64,000 nt of DNA from a phage, in sequence record PX915678.1; one strand, 5' to 3'. The notes beneath the pieces were generated by a model that was not told the origin of the DNA, did not search any database, and saw only the letters and a list, made by a program, of their open reading frames with translations. A program made the translations under genes and the position numbers. Numbering within the stretch: position 1 is the stretch's first letter; every line of letters begins with the position of its first letter. Below, in pieces: positions 40,631-51,384 of the stretch.

Positions 40631-41194
40631 TTACCATTCCAATGCTAGTTTTTTGAGTTGTTTCTGTTCTTTTACATTCTTAGTCACTTCTTTTAAAAAA
40701 TCATCCGTGACTAAACCTTTTAGTTCTTTTAATACTAAAGGAAGTTTTCCATTTTTAGTAAGAATTGATTTATAGTTAATTGCATCATTTGTATTAACTT
40801 GATACCGCTTAGCAAGTAACTTAATAATCAATACTTCAGTAGAATCTTCGACCAGTTTTGCCCATTTACCATATCTTTTACCACGAGGAACAGCAGCCAT
40901 CAGATAATTAAAATGGGCTTCATCGCTTAAACCTGATCCAATTAAATTCATAGCATATACAGCTGGCATGCATTCAGGAAATTGTGATAATGCATTCTCA
41001 ACCATGTATTTTGAATAATCTTTTTGAGCAATAGAGCATTTAGTTTTATTATTAATAGCTCCAATTATTTCAAAAAATTCATTTTCAGCTTTTTCCTTAA
41101 AAGAATCAGCAGCAGATTGGACAGCTGTCCAATCTTTTGAATACCAAGCAACTTGATGCTCGTTTAATTGAATATCATCTTCAAATAAGCTCAT
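40631..41194 (-). CDS. 62: Clamp-loader subunit gp62
   Basis: 187 aa as in T4 gp62. Confidence 0.85.
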   Translation of the reverse strand: MSLFEDDIQLNEHQVAWYSKDWTAVQSAADSFKEKAENEFFEIIGAINNKTKCSIAQKDYSKYMVENALSQFPECMPAVYAMNLIGSGLSDEAHFNYLMAAVPRGKRYGKWAKLVEDSTEVLIIKLLAKRYQVNTNDAINYKSILTKNGKLPLVLKELKGLVTDDFLKEVTKNVKEQKQLKKLALEW

Positions 41195-41195
41195 A

Positions 41196-42155
41196 TCACT
41201 TCCACTGCATTTCGCATGCTAATTGAATGAAAAGATATGCTAAATGTAATTCAGTATTAGCCGCAATTCCGTGATACTGGTTATTTTCACCAACAATTTC
41301 ATACATACGAATAATACTTTGCGGAGTTACGCGTGTATAGATTTCTTCGGCAAGTTTACCTACGAACCACGAATAATCAGCTGCATATTTTGGTGCTAAA
41401 GCTCTGAGATGTTTAACATCTTTATTTTTGAGAGACTCAAGAACATCATCAATAGCACCACGATCGTTAGTAACCAGTGATAAAATACCAGCATCCAAAA
41501 CACCTTTAGATGAATAACTATCGAGCTCACCAATAGTTTTACGAAAATCAGGAAAATTCTTTTTAACCAAAGCTGCTACAACTTTCATATCAGCTATAGC
41601 AATTCCTTCATGCTTGCAGATTTCAGTCAATCGACGAATCATCTGCTTCATCATTTCAATTTTATCTTCATCGGTCGGCTGACCGAACGTAATAACTCGG
41701 CAGCGTGACTGAAGCGGTTTAATAATACCATCAATATTGTTAGCAGTAATAATAATACTACAGTTTGAACTATAAGCTTCCATAAAGGAACGAAGATGTC
41801 GCTGAGACTCTGCTAACCCTGAACGGTCAAATTCATCAATAACGATTACTTTTTGACGACCATCAAATGAAGCTGCACTAGCAAAATTAGTCAAAGGACC
41901 ACGAACGAAATCAATTTTACAATCTGACCCATTCACAAACATCATATCAGCATTTACATCATGACACAATGCTTTTGCTACAGTCGTTTTACCTGTTCCT
42001 GGAGAAGGAGAATGAAGAATAATATGTGGAATCTTACCTTTACTTGTAATAGATTTAAAGGTTTCTTTATCAAAGGCGGGAAGAATACATTCATCGATAG
42101 TAGATGGACGATATTTCTGTTCAAGAATGTGTTCTTTTTCATTTACAGTAATCAT
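41196..42155 (-). CDS. 44: Clamp-loader ATPase gp44 (AAA+)
   Basis: 319 aa from ATG at 42153..42155 with GAGGA SD (track start 42170 is TTG); N-terminus MITVNEKEH; Walker A GTGKTT. Confidence 0.9.
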   Translation of the reverse strand: MITVNEKEHILEQKYRPSTIDECILPAFDKETFKSITSKGKIPHIILHSPSPGTGKTTVAKALCHDVNADMMFVNGSDCKIDFVRGPLTNFASAASFDGRQKVIVIDEFDRSGLAESQRHLRSFMEAYSSNCSIIITANNIDGIIKPLQSRCRVITFGQPTDEDKIEMMKQMIRRLTEICKHEGIAIADMKVVAALVKKNFPDFRKTIGELDSYSSKGVLDAGILSLVTNDRGAIDDVLESLKNKDVKHLRALAPKYAADYSWFVGKLAEEIYTRVTPQSIIRMYEIVGENNQYHGIAANTELHLAYLFIQLACEMQWK

Positions 42156-42170
42156 AATTTCCTCATTCAA
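42141..42170 (-). promoter_or_regulatory. Probable RegA translational operator at gene 44 initiation region
   Basis: Minus-strand GAGGAAAUUAUGAUUACUGUAAAUGA around the gene 44 start, AU-rich. Confidence 0.35.
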
Positions 42171-42187
42171 GTTTTAGTGTAAATTAT

Positions 42188-42205
42188 AAAGGGCCGAAGC
42201 CCTTT
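42188..42205 (-). other. UUCG-tetraloop hairpin between genes 45 and 44
   Basis: AAAGGGC-CGAA-GCCCTTT, 7-bp stem, 2 nt after gp45 stop. Confidence 0.45.
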
Positions 42206-42206
42206 A

Positions 42207-42893
42207 TTAAAAGTCGTGGGTAGAATCAGCTTCAAGAGCTACTACATAATTCGCGTGTTCACCTTCAAATTTAGCAGCACCCTGTTTACCTTTTGCCCAG
42301 AGCAGAAGTTTATAATTTCCTGGTTGCATTTTCATATTTGCCATATTGATAATGAAATTAAATGTATTTTCACCATCATAATCACCAAGAGTCAAAGAAT
42401 ATTTAACGCGAGTCAAAGCAGAATCTTCTACTTTATTAAAACCATTAATTACGATTTTACCTTCTTTTACTGTGATAGCAATTGTATCAATCTGCAGACC
42501 ACGAGATACACGCAACAGTTGTTGAAGGTCTTCAGCTTTAATTTCAGTAACAACAGATGCTACCGGGAATGGAATTGGTTTATTAGGAGCAACTACTGTA
42601 CTCGGATCGGCTGCTGGCCAAAAAATTGTTGAACGAGCATCAGCAATTTTAATATTTCCATCTTCTGACTGGGAAATTTCTGCATCGTCATTAACTAGAG
42701 ACAGAATACCGAGAAAACCGTTCAAATCGTAAATTGCTACATCAAAATCAATAGTGTCAGAAATATTTGCTTCTGCATAAGTTGTACCATTAACCGCGCG
42801 AGTCATAATAAATTGACCGGATTTAAGCATAATGCCAGAGTTAATAGTAGCGAAATTTTTGAGCAGAGCAGTAGTATCTTTAGACAGTTTCAT
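42207..42893 (-). CDS. 45: Sliding clamp gp45
   Basis: 228 aa as in T4 gp45. Confidence 0.9.
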   Translation of the reverse strand: MKLSKDTTALLKNFATINSGIMLKSGQFIMTRAVNGTTYAEANISDTIDFDVAIYDLNGFLGILSLVNDDAEISQSEDGNIKIADARSTIFWPAADPSTVVAPNKPIPFPVASVVTEIKAEDLQQLLRVSRGLQIDTIAITVKEGKIVINGFNKVEDSALTRVKYSLTLGDYDGENTFNFIINMANMKMQPGNYKLLLWAKGKQGAAKFEGEHANYVVALEADSTHDF

Positions 42894-42948
42894 GTAATTT
42901 CCTTCAATTCAAATGGGATTTAATTTTATAACTAATTTAATAAAGCAA

Positions 42949-43338
42949 TTAACGATTAAAATCGGCAGCAATTGTTTCCGCAACAAGTTGAGCAGCAACA
43001 ATTAGGCGTTCATCTGCATTACCGCAATAATCGTCTTCAAGGCGTTCACCACATGAAGTCATAATAAATTTAGCACCAGCATTTAAAGATTCTGTCGTAT
43101 GTTTGCGCATTAGTTCAATCCATTTATTACTTACTTCACGATCGATAGCTTCATAATACGCATGACGAGCAGGTGCAGATTTAATTTTGTTCTGAATAAC
43201 TTCCATCGCGTTATCAGAAAGAGACAAAACCCATGCTCGACGAATTTTATTTTGGTTTTGTGGATTTGAATCAGAACGCACGTGTTTTGGCTGAATATCT
43301 TTTACATCAACAGTATAATTCACAGTAATTTTAGTCAT
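42949..43338 (-). CDS. rpbA: RNA polymerase-binding protein RpbA
   Basis: 129 aa as in T4 RpbA; position between 46 and 45. Confidence 0.7.
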   Translation of the reverse strand: MTKITVNYTVDVKDIQPKHVRSDSNPQNQNKIRRAWVLSLSDNAMEVIQNKIKSAPARHAYYEAIDREVSNKWIELMRKHTTESLNAGAKFIMTSCGERLEDDYCGNADERLIVAAQLVAETIAADFNR

Positions 43339-43347
43339 AATACACCT

Positions 43348-43536
43348 TTAGTCATAATAATCAGTAACAGTCCAAGCTTCATTTCTGTTGGACATTATTT
43401 TCGTATATTCTGCTTTAAATGCATTCTTAAGCATAGATTCAGTAACTATATGCTCTTCATTAGAAAAATTATTTCTCAGAATATATCGTTTTATTTCAGG
43501 AATAGTTAATAGATGCTGTCCAGTTGAATATTCCAT
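43348..43536 (-). CDS. Hypothetical protein (62 aa)
   Basis: Track ORF. Confidence 0.5.
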   Translation of the reverse strand: MEYSTGQHLLTIPEIKRYILRNNFSNEEHIVTESMLKNAFKAEYTKIMSNRNEAWTVTDYYD

Positions 43537-43591
43537 GTTTTTCCTCCATAGAGATTATACTCTAATAAATTAAAGCATAATCTCTTATAAA

Positions 43592-45274
43592 TTAAACCAT
43601 TACAGTAAATCGACCAACTTTCTTCATTTGAAGATGCTGACCATATGCTTGTGGGTCGTGGTCTCTATGTGAAATAACAAAAACATTAGTATTTTTTAAA
43701 CTATCTAAAATAGTTGAAATAGCTTTTACACCTTCAACATCGGTTGCTGAATCAAAAACTTCATCGAGAATTAGTGTGTTTATTTTAACACCTGAAACTT
43801 TTTCAGCAATATCACGCCAAGTAAATAGAAGAGCAATATCAATTCGTGCTTTTTCGCCTTGACTGAATGAAGCATAACTAAAATCTTCACGACCGCGGGA
43901 TTTAATTGTCTCATTAAATTCTTCATCTAATGTAAACACATAATCCGCTTCCATTATTTTAAGATAATGGTTAATCTGCTTATTAAATAATGGAATGTAC
44001 TTTTTAATAATAGCACCTTTAATACCAGAATCTTTGAGCATATCAGTCAAAATTCCTCTGTGGTATTTTTCCATTACTAAATTAGTTTTTGTCTTAACAA
44101 TTTTATCAAGTTCTTCTTGAAGCAGTGCTATTTCATCAGCATGGTCAATAAACTCAGATGATGCTTTTTCTATAGCTGCTTTAACTTTTTTAGCTTTATC
44201 TACAGTCGTGATTAGAGATTGCTTTTTATTGCGAATATCATTCGCCAACGTCTGCTGGGTTTTAATATTATCTCGGTATTCATCAACGAGAACTTTTAAA
44301 TTATCACGATGTGTTGAAAGCTGTTCAAACGAATGCGTGCATTCAGAAACTTTATCTTTAATTTTAGAAACAACTTTATCACCGGAACTTAATTGTGACA
44401 AACAGGTTGGACATAATCCACCTTCGTGATACATATTAATGACTTTATTATACGAGTCAATTTTTGATTTAATTAAAAATGCTTCTTGGCCGATTTTATT
44501 AAATGCATCAGTCGGGTCTTCATCCAAAACAATATTAACTAATCTTTCATTAGCTTCTTCTATTTCCGATTTTAGCGTTCTAGCTTCTTTTGCCAAATCA
44601 TCATACATATTCTGTAGACGAGTAAGGTTATCACCAGTTAATTTTTTCTGGCGTTCAACGTTATCATTATATATTTTAATTTGTTGGATAATACTATCTT
44701 TTTTAACATCAAGCACTTGGTTTTGTGAATTTAATTCACGTATTAGTGCTTTATTAAGCTTATCCATTTCAGCTAATGTTCCTACCTCGAGCAGGTCTTC
44801 CACAAGCTTTCTTCGTGCAGGGGTCGACAAACCCATGAAAGGGGTATACCCTGCTGTACCAAGGACAACAATCTGCTTGAAACTGGCATATGACATTCCG
44901 ATAAGCTGTTCAAATTCTGCTTGGAAATCTTTACTGCTGGCAGATTCATTAAGACGTGTACCGTTAACGGTGATTTCGAAAACGTTTGGTTTTTGTCCTC
45001 TTTTGATATAGTACTTTTTCTCATCATATTCCATCCACAGTTCAACTAAAAGTTCTTTCTTATTTGTGCTGTTTATTAATTGACCTTTCTTTACATCACG
45101 AAATGGCTTGCCAAAAAGCCCAAATGTGATGGCTTCTAACATAGTAGACTTACCACCGCCATTTCGTCCAGTAATAAGAGTTTTTTGAACCTTATCTAGT
45201 TGAATGTCAATAGGATTTCCACCTACTGACATTATATTTTGATACCTAACTCGGTTTAGTTTAAAATTCTTCAC
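43592..45274 (-). CDS. 46: Recombination endonuclease subunit gp46 (Rad50/SbcC-like ATPase)
   Basis: 560 aa as in T4 gp46; Walker A GRNGGGKST, coiled-coil middle, zinc hook CPTC, signature/Walker B LILDEVFDS. Confidence 0.9.
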   Translation of the reverse strand: MKNFKLNRVRYQNIMSVGGNPIDIQLDKVQKTLITGRNGGGKSTMLEAITFGLFGKPFRDVKKGQLINSTNKKELLVELWMEYDEKKYYIKRGQKPNVFEITVNGTRLNESASSKDFQAEFEQLIGMSYASFKQIVVLGTAGYTPFMGLSTPARRKLVEDLLEVGTLAEMDKLNKALIRELNSQNQVLDVKKDSIIQQIKIYNDNVERQKKLTGDNLTRLQNMYDDLAKEARTLKSEIEEANERLVNIVLDEDPTDAFNKIGQEAFLIKSKIDSYNKVINMYHEGGLCPTCLSQLSSGDKVVSKIKDKVSECTHSFEQLSTHRDNLKVLVDEYRDNIKTQQTLANDIRNKKQSLITTVDKAKKVKAAIEKASSEFIDHADEIALLQEELDKIVKTKTNLVMEKYHRGILTDMLKDSGIKGAIIKKYIPLFNKQINHYLKIMEADYVFTLDEEFNETIKSRGREDFSYASFSQGEKARIDIALLFTWRDIAEKVSGVKINTLILDEVFDSATDVEGVKAISTILDSLKNTNVFVISHRDHDPQAYGQHLQMKKVGRFTVMV

Positions 45275-45534
45275 AAAAGATTCCTTTTAATGTATCTTTT
45301 AGACCATTCTATCATATCATCATAATCTAAAAAGTATTCATCAAATTCAGCCATGCAAACAACACCTTGCGCTGCTTTTGATGTGATATAAATTATTCCA
45401 ACATATCTAGAATCTTCTTCGGTGTAATCAATATTTGCTATGAATTCATCGTTAATGTCAAATGTCGAAAACTTCACAATATGCATCCTTAATACAAGAT
45501 ACAGCCATATCTTGTAATGATTTAGGTGTGTCAT
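45271..45534 (-). CDS. Hypothetical protein (46.1/46.2 position)
   Basis: 87-aa track ORF; overlaps neighbour, real start may be internal ATG at 45486. Confidence 0.45.
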   Translation of the reverse strand: MTHLNHYKIWLYLVLRMHIVKFSTFDINDEFIANIDYTEEDSRYVGIIYITSKAAQGVVCMAEFDEYFLDYDDMIEWSKRYIKRNLL

Positions 45535-45721
45535 TATCTAAAATGTTGAAGTTAAAAGATACAGCCCAATCAGTGCAGACCGTAACCTTTTTAATACAAT
45601 TATCTTCAACCTCTAGCGGTTCAAACCAATATTCAATAATTTCTTTATGCCCAATATCATCTTTTACTTCGCATTCAAAATGCTGACTCATCATAGCATT
45701 TTTAAATTCATCAAAAGTCAT
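45458..45721 (-). CDS. Hypothetical protein (46.1/46.2 position)
   Basis: 87-aa track ORF; ATGA-type overlap with gp47 stop. Confidence 0.5.
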   Translation of the reverse strand: MTFDEFKNAMMSQHFECEVKDDIGHKEIIEYWFEPLEVEDNCIKKVTVCTDWAVSFNFNILDNDTPKSLQDMAVSCIKDAYCEVFDI

Positions 45722-46737
45722 TGTGTTGCCTCTACATATAGCTGATTTGCATATTGAATAAGTGCTTCGCGATCAGAATCAGTGATGTCTGGAATTGCAT
45801 TAATGTATTCTTCCATCAACGTCTGAAGAGATTGAACTTCAACTTCTTCACTATCATCTGACTCAACAGAGTTATCAATCTTTGACACAACTCGTAATGA
45901 ATGCACAACTTTTTCTAGTTCAGATTCGAACTTCGTTAGATTTTTGTCTACTTCAGTTACTATAACACGCACTGATAGATTTGTAAAATCTTTATAGTCA
46001 ATTTTTCCCTTAAATGGATATTGAATTCGACGATGCCAGGTAGTGTTGTTTGGAATAAATTCCATTCGTTCTGTTTCTGTATCAAACATCCAGAACCCGC
46101 GAGGGTCATTCTCGTCACCCGCAGTTAGTGTCCATGGTGTCCCAATATATCTGACATTAGCAGCCTCAGAGATAGTATGGAAGTGACCAGACCACACCTC
46201 TTTATAAGTCTTAAGGAAATCAGGTTCAAGACCGTGAGATTTCATTCCTTTATAAAAATAAAATCCATTCAGTTCCCAGTGACCAACACAAAAAGAAGCA
46301 GATGAAGTTTTGATGTGTTCAAGAATTTCACCAGTATTTTCTTCACACATCCAAGGAATTAAATCAATCAAACATCCGTCAAAATCTACTGTAGTAGGCT
46401 TATCATATACTTTAACATTAGGATATTTAGCCAAAAGCTCAGTAGAAGCATTTGGAGTTAAAGTATTTTTAAAGTGCATATCATGGTTTCCTACAACAGT
46501 ATGTAGGGTAATACCAGCATCATCAAGCATTTGAACTATTTCACGAGCGAACTCCATAGTTTTATGTGTGATTGCTTTTCGCACATCAAAAATATCGCCG
46601 TATTGAATCCATGTAGTAATTCCATTTTTCTTAGAATATTCTATTGCTTGTTTAATTCCATCCAACTGAATGGATTGAACCCACTCATCATCGGCTTTAA
46701 CACCTAAATGCCAATCACCTAAATTTAAAATTTTCAT
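45718..46737 (-). CDS. 47: Recombination nuclease subunit gp47 (Mre11/SbcD-like phosphoesterase)
   Basis: 339 aa as in T4 gp47; calcineurin-like motifs (LGDWH, GNHD). Confidence 0.9.
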   Translation of the reverse strand: MKILNLGDWHLGVKADDEWVQSIQLDGIKQAIEYSKKNGITTWIQYGDIFDVRKAITHKTMEFAREIVQMLDDAGITLHTVVGNHDMHFKNTLTPNASTELLAKYPNVKVYDKPTTVDFDGCLIDLIPWMCEENTGEILEHIKTSSASFCVGHWELNGFYFYKGMKSHGLEPDFLKTYKEVWSGHFHTISEAANVRYIGTPWTLTAGDENDPRGFWMFDTETERMEFIPNNTTWHRRIQYPFKGKIDYKDFTNLSVRVIVTEVDKNLTKFESELEKVVHSLRVVSKIDNSVESDDSEEVEVQSLQTLMEEYINAIPDITDSDREALIQYANQLYVEATQ

Positions 46738-46874
46738 ATATCAAGAACCGTCATTGAAATGCAAAATAAAATTATTGAAATAAATCCATCTGGAGTGCTA
46801 AAGAACCCAATCCAACATGCTCTAGTGAATAGATAAAATGCGAGAAAAAGTATCACATATCCAAGAAATATCAT
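46734..46874 (-). CDS. Small membrane protein (46 aa) upstream of gene 47
   Basis: Stop overlaps gp47 ATG (ATGA at 46734..46737); hydrophobic; not in ORF track. Confidence 0.45.
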   Translation of the reverse strand: MIFLGYVILFLAFYLFTRACWIGFFSTPDGFISIILFCISMTVLDI

Positions 46875-46897
46875 TATATCAAACTCCGTATAAAGCT

Positions 46898-46915
46898 AAA
46901 GGGCCGAAGCCCTTT
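46898..46915 (-). other. UUCG-tetraloop hairpin overlapping a-gt stop
   Basis: AAAGGGC-CGAA-GCCCTTT. Confidence 0.45.
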
Positions 46916-48116
46916 ATTTTGTAATAATGTCAAACTGTTCTTTAAAGCAGAAGCTTGAATCTTGATGCTGATACAAAAATTCATAAGCTTTTTCGCGTTC
47001 ACGGTCATAAAGATTTCGGTCAGATGACAGTTCTTTAATACGCTCAAATGTTGATTCCATGTCATTTTCATCAAACCAAACGATACCGCTATCATGAGAA
47101 ATTAACGGAGTATTATCAACACGGAATTTTAAATTTTCGCCAGTAGATTTCCAAAATACTGGAATTGTTCCACACGCACCAAGCTCGAGATGAGTATATT
47201 CTAAAGAACGTTGTAGATATTTTTTATCCAACTTACTCAACTGATAACCAAATCCGGATTTACTCATACGTTCAAGCATTTCGCTATTTACATAACGGTC
47301 AAGAATTTGCGTTGGCAAATTAGGAGCAATTTTAATTTGGTCTACTTGATGAAGACGATAATACTCGTATGGAATTCCTTTTTCTTTAATAGGAATGAAC
47401 GCTGGAGAACGTTCCAGACCTTCCATAATAGTACTTAATCCAGCAGGTTTAAGATGTTTTTCGTGAAAATCAAACATCTGATAAAAACCTTTCCATGTAG
47501 TCGTACGACCGATCCAACGGTTGACATTCATATTAATTTCAGAAACATCTTTCCAGTAGGTTGATCGAACCTTCGCAATATCCATAGGAGGCTGAAAGTT
47601 GTATACAGTCGGTGCTTCTTCAATATCATCAAACAGAGAAACTGTTTCTGGATACCATTCTTTCATCAGAACTTTATTAAAATCACCATTATCAGAATGA
47701 CTAAAAATAACATCAGCTCGGCGAACAGTTTCTTCTAATCCCAAATTTCGACGCAAAGAAAGAGAAGAATGGTCATGTTGATAAACTACAACACGAACCG
47801 AAGGTTTAATGTTATCAATAATTTTTTTATAGTTATTAATAGTGTCTTCTTCGACTGAAGTAGCAGGAACTGAATTGATAATTAGAATATCACAATCATT
47901 TACCAGCTTAAGTGTTTTATCGTATTCTTTTGCCAATAAAACCGGAATTGAAAATGATTTATAATCATGCGCGCAATTACGGGTAAATGATTTATCTTTA
48001 GCATAAACCAAAGTTACTTCATGACCATTTTTAATAAACCAATCACGTTGCTCAAGAGAAAATTTAGTTACGCCACAACCTTCAAGACCTCGAGCCATAA
48101 AAATGCATACTTTCAT
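46914..48116 (-). CDS. agt: DNA alpha-glucosyltransferase
   Basis: 400 aa as in T4 a-gt; GT-B-like; position between 47 and 55. Confidence 0.8.
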   Translation of the reverse strand: MKVCIFMARGLEGCGVTKFSLEQRDWFIKNGHEVTLVYAKDKSFTRNCAHDYKSFSIPVLLAKEYDKTLKLVNDCDILIINSVPATSVEEDTINNYKKIIDNIKPSVRVVVYQHDHSSLSLRRNLGLEETVRRADVIFSHSDNGDFNKVLMKEWYPETVSLFDDIEEAPTVYNFQPPMDIAKVRSTYWKDVSEINMNVNRWIGRTTTWKGFYQMFDFHEKHLKPAGLSTIMEGLERSPAFIPIKEKGIPYEYYRLHQVDQIKIAPNLPTQILDRYVNSEMLERMSKSGFGYQLSKLDKKYLQRSLEYTHLELGACGTIPVFWKSTGENLKFRVDNTPLISHDSGIVWFDENDMESTFERIKELSSDRNLYDREREKAYEFLYQHQDSSFCFKEQFDIITK

Positions 48117-48166
48117 TTAATATCCTCATTGTTTTGGTTTATTTTACCAAAAATTTATAAAGCAAT

Positions 48167-48186
48167 ATAGGAGCCGAAGCTCCTAT
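48167..48186 (-). other. UUCG-tetraloop hairpin upstream of a-gt
   Basis: ATAGGAGC-CGAA-GCTCCTAT, 8-bp stem. Confidence 0.45.
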
Positions 48187-48359
48187 CCGCATAATACACC
48201 ATACAGAGGCTCATTAGAGCTTCTAAATTTTATACGTTTATGTGTTATAGTTCCTTCTGCTTTAGCTTTATCATGAGACTCTTTAAAGCGCCTCATCATT
48301 TCTACTTTAGAGGAACGAATTTTATTATAATCTATTTCACAAGTCTGGGCGTTCATCTT

Positions 48360-48566
48360 TCACAGTTGCCACCATTTTTTAACTTGATAAGAATCAACCC
48401 ACACTTTCATATTAGGGTCTGCTCTTACAATAGGAGGATTAACTTCTTTAATTGAACTATCATGGTATTCTTTTTCAGAAATTTTCACACAAAGATGACC
48501 ATTCAAAGATTCAGTAAATCCTGCATTAATTTTAAGACGCTTGAATTTTACGTGTGTAAGCATCAA
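48360..48566 (-). CDS. Hypothetical protein (68 aa)
   Basis: Track ORF. Confidence 0.45.
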   Translation of the reverse strand: MMLTHVKFKRLKINAGFTESLNGHLCVKISEKEYHDSSIKEVNPPIVRADPNMKVWVDSYQVKKWWQL

Positions 48567-48849
48567 TCATATCCTCAATCTGCGATCTAGTAGTCTTCCA
48601 AAGAATACTAATGAGTTCATCGTTATATGGCTGTTTTAGAATATCCCGACTTTTCTTGATAGCATATTCGTATTGAGCAAAATTATTGTTTTCAGCTGCA
48701 ATCTGAGCGTGCTTATAAAGACGGTTCAGTTCGCGTTTATTTTTAGACAATAACTTATTTGCTTTTCTTTCTGCTTCAAGACGGTTCTTTTCTTCAATAG
48801 AAGAAATAAGCTTTTCCACTTCATCATTAATTTCGGGTTTATCAGTCAT
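48532..48849 (-). CDS. Hypothetical protein (105 aa)
   Basis: Track ORF, helical Lys/Glu-rich. Confidence 0.5.
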   Translation of the reverse strand: MTDKPEINDEVEKLISSIEEKNRLEAERKANKLLSKNKRELNRLYKHAQIAAENNNFAQYEYAIKKSRDILKQPYNDELISILWKTTRSQIEDMIDAYTRKIQAS

Positions 48850-48850
48850 A

Positions 48851-49069
48851 TTATTTCTCTAATATAAAATAAAAATCATCATCTGTTAAATGATACCGAT
48901 AGTTTAATTCTACACCATTAGATTTAAAAGCGGTATCATACGGATTTTCTGGATCAATATCAATGTCAAGAGCTAAAACTTCCCTGAGATACATTTTAAG
49001 TAAATAGGGAATAGCTTCAACTTCAGGTATTTCTTCCAAGAATCCGGAGAGGTTAATCGTTAGCCTCAT
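48851..49069 (-). CDS. Hypothetical protein (72 aa)
   Basis: Track ORF downstream of gene 55. Confidence 0.5.
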
Positions 49070-49610
49070 ATAAAAAATCCAAACTAGGAGAATCGTCTAC
49101 AACACTTTTCTTTTCAGCCCCCGGTGTTCTATAGGTTGATTCTTCGTAATGCGTCATTTTATCGTAGATGTCTTGAATAAAAGTTTCATCTACTAACGCA
49201 ACCATATCGTCGTCACGACTGTCATAGACATTGTGAACGAAGTAACTGTATTTCTTTGCAACTTCCTTACGTTCTTTTTTAATACGTTGGACGAATGCAT
49301 TAAAACAAGCTTGAGTTATATATGCATGTGGGTTTTTATATTTCGTTTCATCAAAATTATGAAGCCCCTTAATAGAAGCTTCTATACCATCTGCAATCAT
49401 TTCTTGTTTCCAGGATTGGGTGTATCCTGAAAAGTTGAAACGTTTAGATAAGCCTTCTGCAATAAGCATAATGGCTAATCCGATAGTATCATTCTGACGA
49501 ACTACTTTATTTGGGTCTTTATTATTTGCTAATTCTGTTTTCCAATCAATAATAGCTTGTAAAAGCTCTTTATTGTTTACGTAATTATATTTAGGCTTAG
49601 TTTCTGACAT
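49053..49610 (-). CDS. 55: Late-transcription sigma factor gp55
   Basis: 185 aa from ATG at 49608..49610 with GAGGTG SD (track start is GTG); N-terminus [17 protein letters not shown] as in T4 gp55. Confidence 0.85.
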
Positions 49611-49688
49611 TTTCACCTCTTAGCTCAATTCATAGATCTATTATATCATAATATTTGAAGATCTATCTTAAAGCATAGAGGATATCAG

Positions 49689-49958
49689 TTATCTAAGTAA
49701 GCAGTATGCTTGGAACACTTTTTCCATCATCTTTTTAAATTCATGAATATCTATATAATGACTAGTTAAATCAGCATGATATAAAAAGTCTAAAAACTTT
49801 TCATGTGTGCTAGCATATTCACTTTCATTTAATTCAGAAACATGGCTTTCCCAATATCCAACACCAGTCTTATTTGGGAAAAATGAAATTTTCATGTATT
49901 GATCAACATAGAAAATGCCATAATTTTCAATAGTAATAGAAATATTAATAAATTTCAT
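49689..49958 (-). CDS. Hypothetical protein (89 aa)
   Basis: Track ORF. Confidence 0.5.
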   Translation of the reverse strand: MKFINISITIENYGIFYVDQYMKISFFPNKTGVGYWESHVSELNESEYASTHEKFLDFLYHADLTSHYIDIHEFKKMMEKVFQAYCLLR

Positions 49959-50176
49959 GCATTCATCAACTTAGCCGCTTCAAGAGCTGCATCTAGTGAA
50001 TCAAACTGGTCAACGTATTCAATCAATTCGCCATAATTAGCGTATAACCACCATTGGCTAAATTCATACTCAAGGATGAATCCATTTCCTTCAATTTGAG
50101 TTAAACCAATGCCATTTGTATTTACTTCATATCCGGCAAGACGCAAATCGTTAATAAGAGCTTCGTTCATATTCAC
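49955..50176 (-). CDS. Hypothetical protein (73 aa)
   Basis: Track ORF; ATGA-type overlap. Confidence 0.5.
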   Translation of the reverse strand: MNMNEALINDLRLAGYEVNTNGIGLTQIEGNGFILEYEFSQWWLYANYGELIEYVDQFDSLDAALEAAKLMNA

Positions 50177-50499
50177 ACCTTAGCAATTTTCAGATCAGCA
50201 AATTTTTTCTTGCGTTGATTTTTCATACGACGAATAGTTTTATCGGAAATTTCATGCTTTTGATAAGCTTTAGATTCTACACCAAAAGCTTTAACATCAA
50301 ATTCTGACAAGATATATTGAACCAACAATTCGCGGACAGTATTGCGTCCAATCTTCTGATCGTTCTGTTTCATCGTCTGATGAAGCTCTTTTTCCCATTT
50401 ATCCAAAATTTGAGGAGTTACAATATCACCTTTTTCTAGCAAAGAAACTACTTTATCATATGCATAAGAATTGATGGCGTTTTTAATTTGAATAGTCAT
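50173..50499 (-). CDS. Hypothetical protein (108 aa)
   Basis: Track ORF. Confidence 0.55.
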   Translation of the reverse strand: MTIQIKNAINSYAYDKVVSLLEKGDIVTPQILDKWEKELHQTMKQNDQKIGRNTVRELLVQYILSEFDVKAFGVESKAYQKHEISDKTIRRMKNQRKKKFADLKIAKV

Positions 50500-50537
50500 A
50501 CATTATCCTCAATTACATTAAAATTTTATTATCCAAA

Positions 50538-50553
50538 AAGGGCCGAAGCCCTT
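50538..50553 (-). other. UUCG-tetraloop hairpin overlapping an ORF stop
   Basis: AAGGGC-CGAA-GCCCTT. Confidence 0.4.
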
Positions 50554-50752
50554 AGCTAAACTGTTTGGCACCCTTCCAGCCTTCGTACATCATTGCGGCT
50601 GATATTAATATTGCTCCTGCGCATTTTGAATATTTGTGATTCCAAAACCAGTTCAGAAAAACTTCGTCATCAATACCCTGGGCTATCATATTTTCAAAGA
50701 ACTGGCGACGAGCTTCAGCAATTCGTTGCGATAATTTAGATTCAGGATTCAT
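50552..50752 (-). CDS. Hypothetical protein (66 aa)
   Basis: Track ORF. Confidence 0.5.
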   Translation of the reverse strand: MNPESKLSQRIAEARRQFFENMIAQGIDDEVFLNWFWNHKYSKCAGAILISAAMMYEGWKGAKQFS

Positions 50753-50884
50753 TTAAATTTTCCAATTACCGTTTTCATCAATAAATTTAATCCAGTCATT
50801 TACTGACCACTTGGTCGTATCGCCTTTTGGAGCAACATTTAAAGTGTATAATCCTTGTTTAAAAAGCATGCGTTTGATATTCAT
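50753..50884 (-). CDS. Hypothetical small protein (43 aa)
   Basis: ATG at 50882..50884 with GAGGA SD (track start 50968 would overlap upstream ORF by 77 nt). Confidence 0.4.
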   Translation of the reverse strand: MNIKRMLFKQGLYTLNVAPKGDTTKWSVNDWIKFIDENGNWKI

Positions 50885-50891
50885 ATTTTCC

Positions 50892-51185
50892 TCAGCTATA
50901 ACGATAACACTCGTTTGATTTACGCTTAGCAACTCGTTGAGAAGTATTGTAATCAAAATCATCGTCAATGTAAACTGATTTTTTCAACTTTCTTACTTCA
51001 CCACGTAATTGGCGATTTAGCTCATCTTTAACTTCTGAATCAATGCCTTTCATTCTACGCCATTTATCAGAGCGAAAAATGTTTTCGACCATATCTTTAT
51101 GACTTACACCATCAGGAGCTTTACGCTTTCCGAAATAGTCATAATCACGTACTTTTAAATCTTTACGACGATACGTTTTACCCAT
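50892..51185 (-). CDS. Hypothetical basic protein (about 97 aa)
   Basis: ATG at 51183..51185 (track start 51224 is GTG); Arg/Lys-rich. Confidence 0.5.
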   Translation of the reverse strand: MGKTYRRKDLKVRDYDYFGKRKAPDGVSHKDMVENIFRSDKWRRMKGIDSEVKDELNRQLRGEVRKLKKSVYIDDDFDYNTSQRVAKRKSNECYRYS

Positions 51186-51354
51186 GGAGTTTAATTTCCT
51201 TAGCAACTGAACTAAATACAGCACGATCGCAAATCATCTGTTTATTCCATTTAAGTACAGTATAATGAACATCTAGATCATCTACTGCTGTAACAATAAC
51301 AATATGTCCGTTAACACGATAATACTGATCTCTTTTAATCTCTTTATCAACCAT
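51178..51354 (-). CDS. Hypothetical protein (58 aa)
   Basis: GAGGA SD then ATG at 51352..51354, downstream of promoter 51385..51414; not in ORF track. Confidence 0.4.
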   Translation of the reverse strand: MVDKEIKRDQYYRVNGHIVIVTAVDDLDVHYTVLKWNKQMICDRAVFSSVAKEIKLHG

Positions 51355-51384
51355 ATCAAATCCTCAAAGGCAATTCATATGTTA

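Noticed and set aside
46874-47095. 73-aa minus-strand track ORF overlapping the 3' end of a-gt in another frame
   Set aside because: Entirely inside the a-gt coding region; the real small gene in this interval is the 46-aa ORF at 46734..46874.
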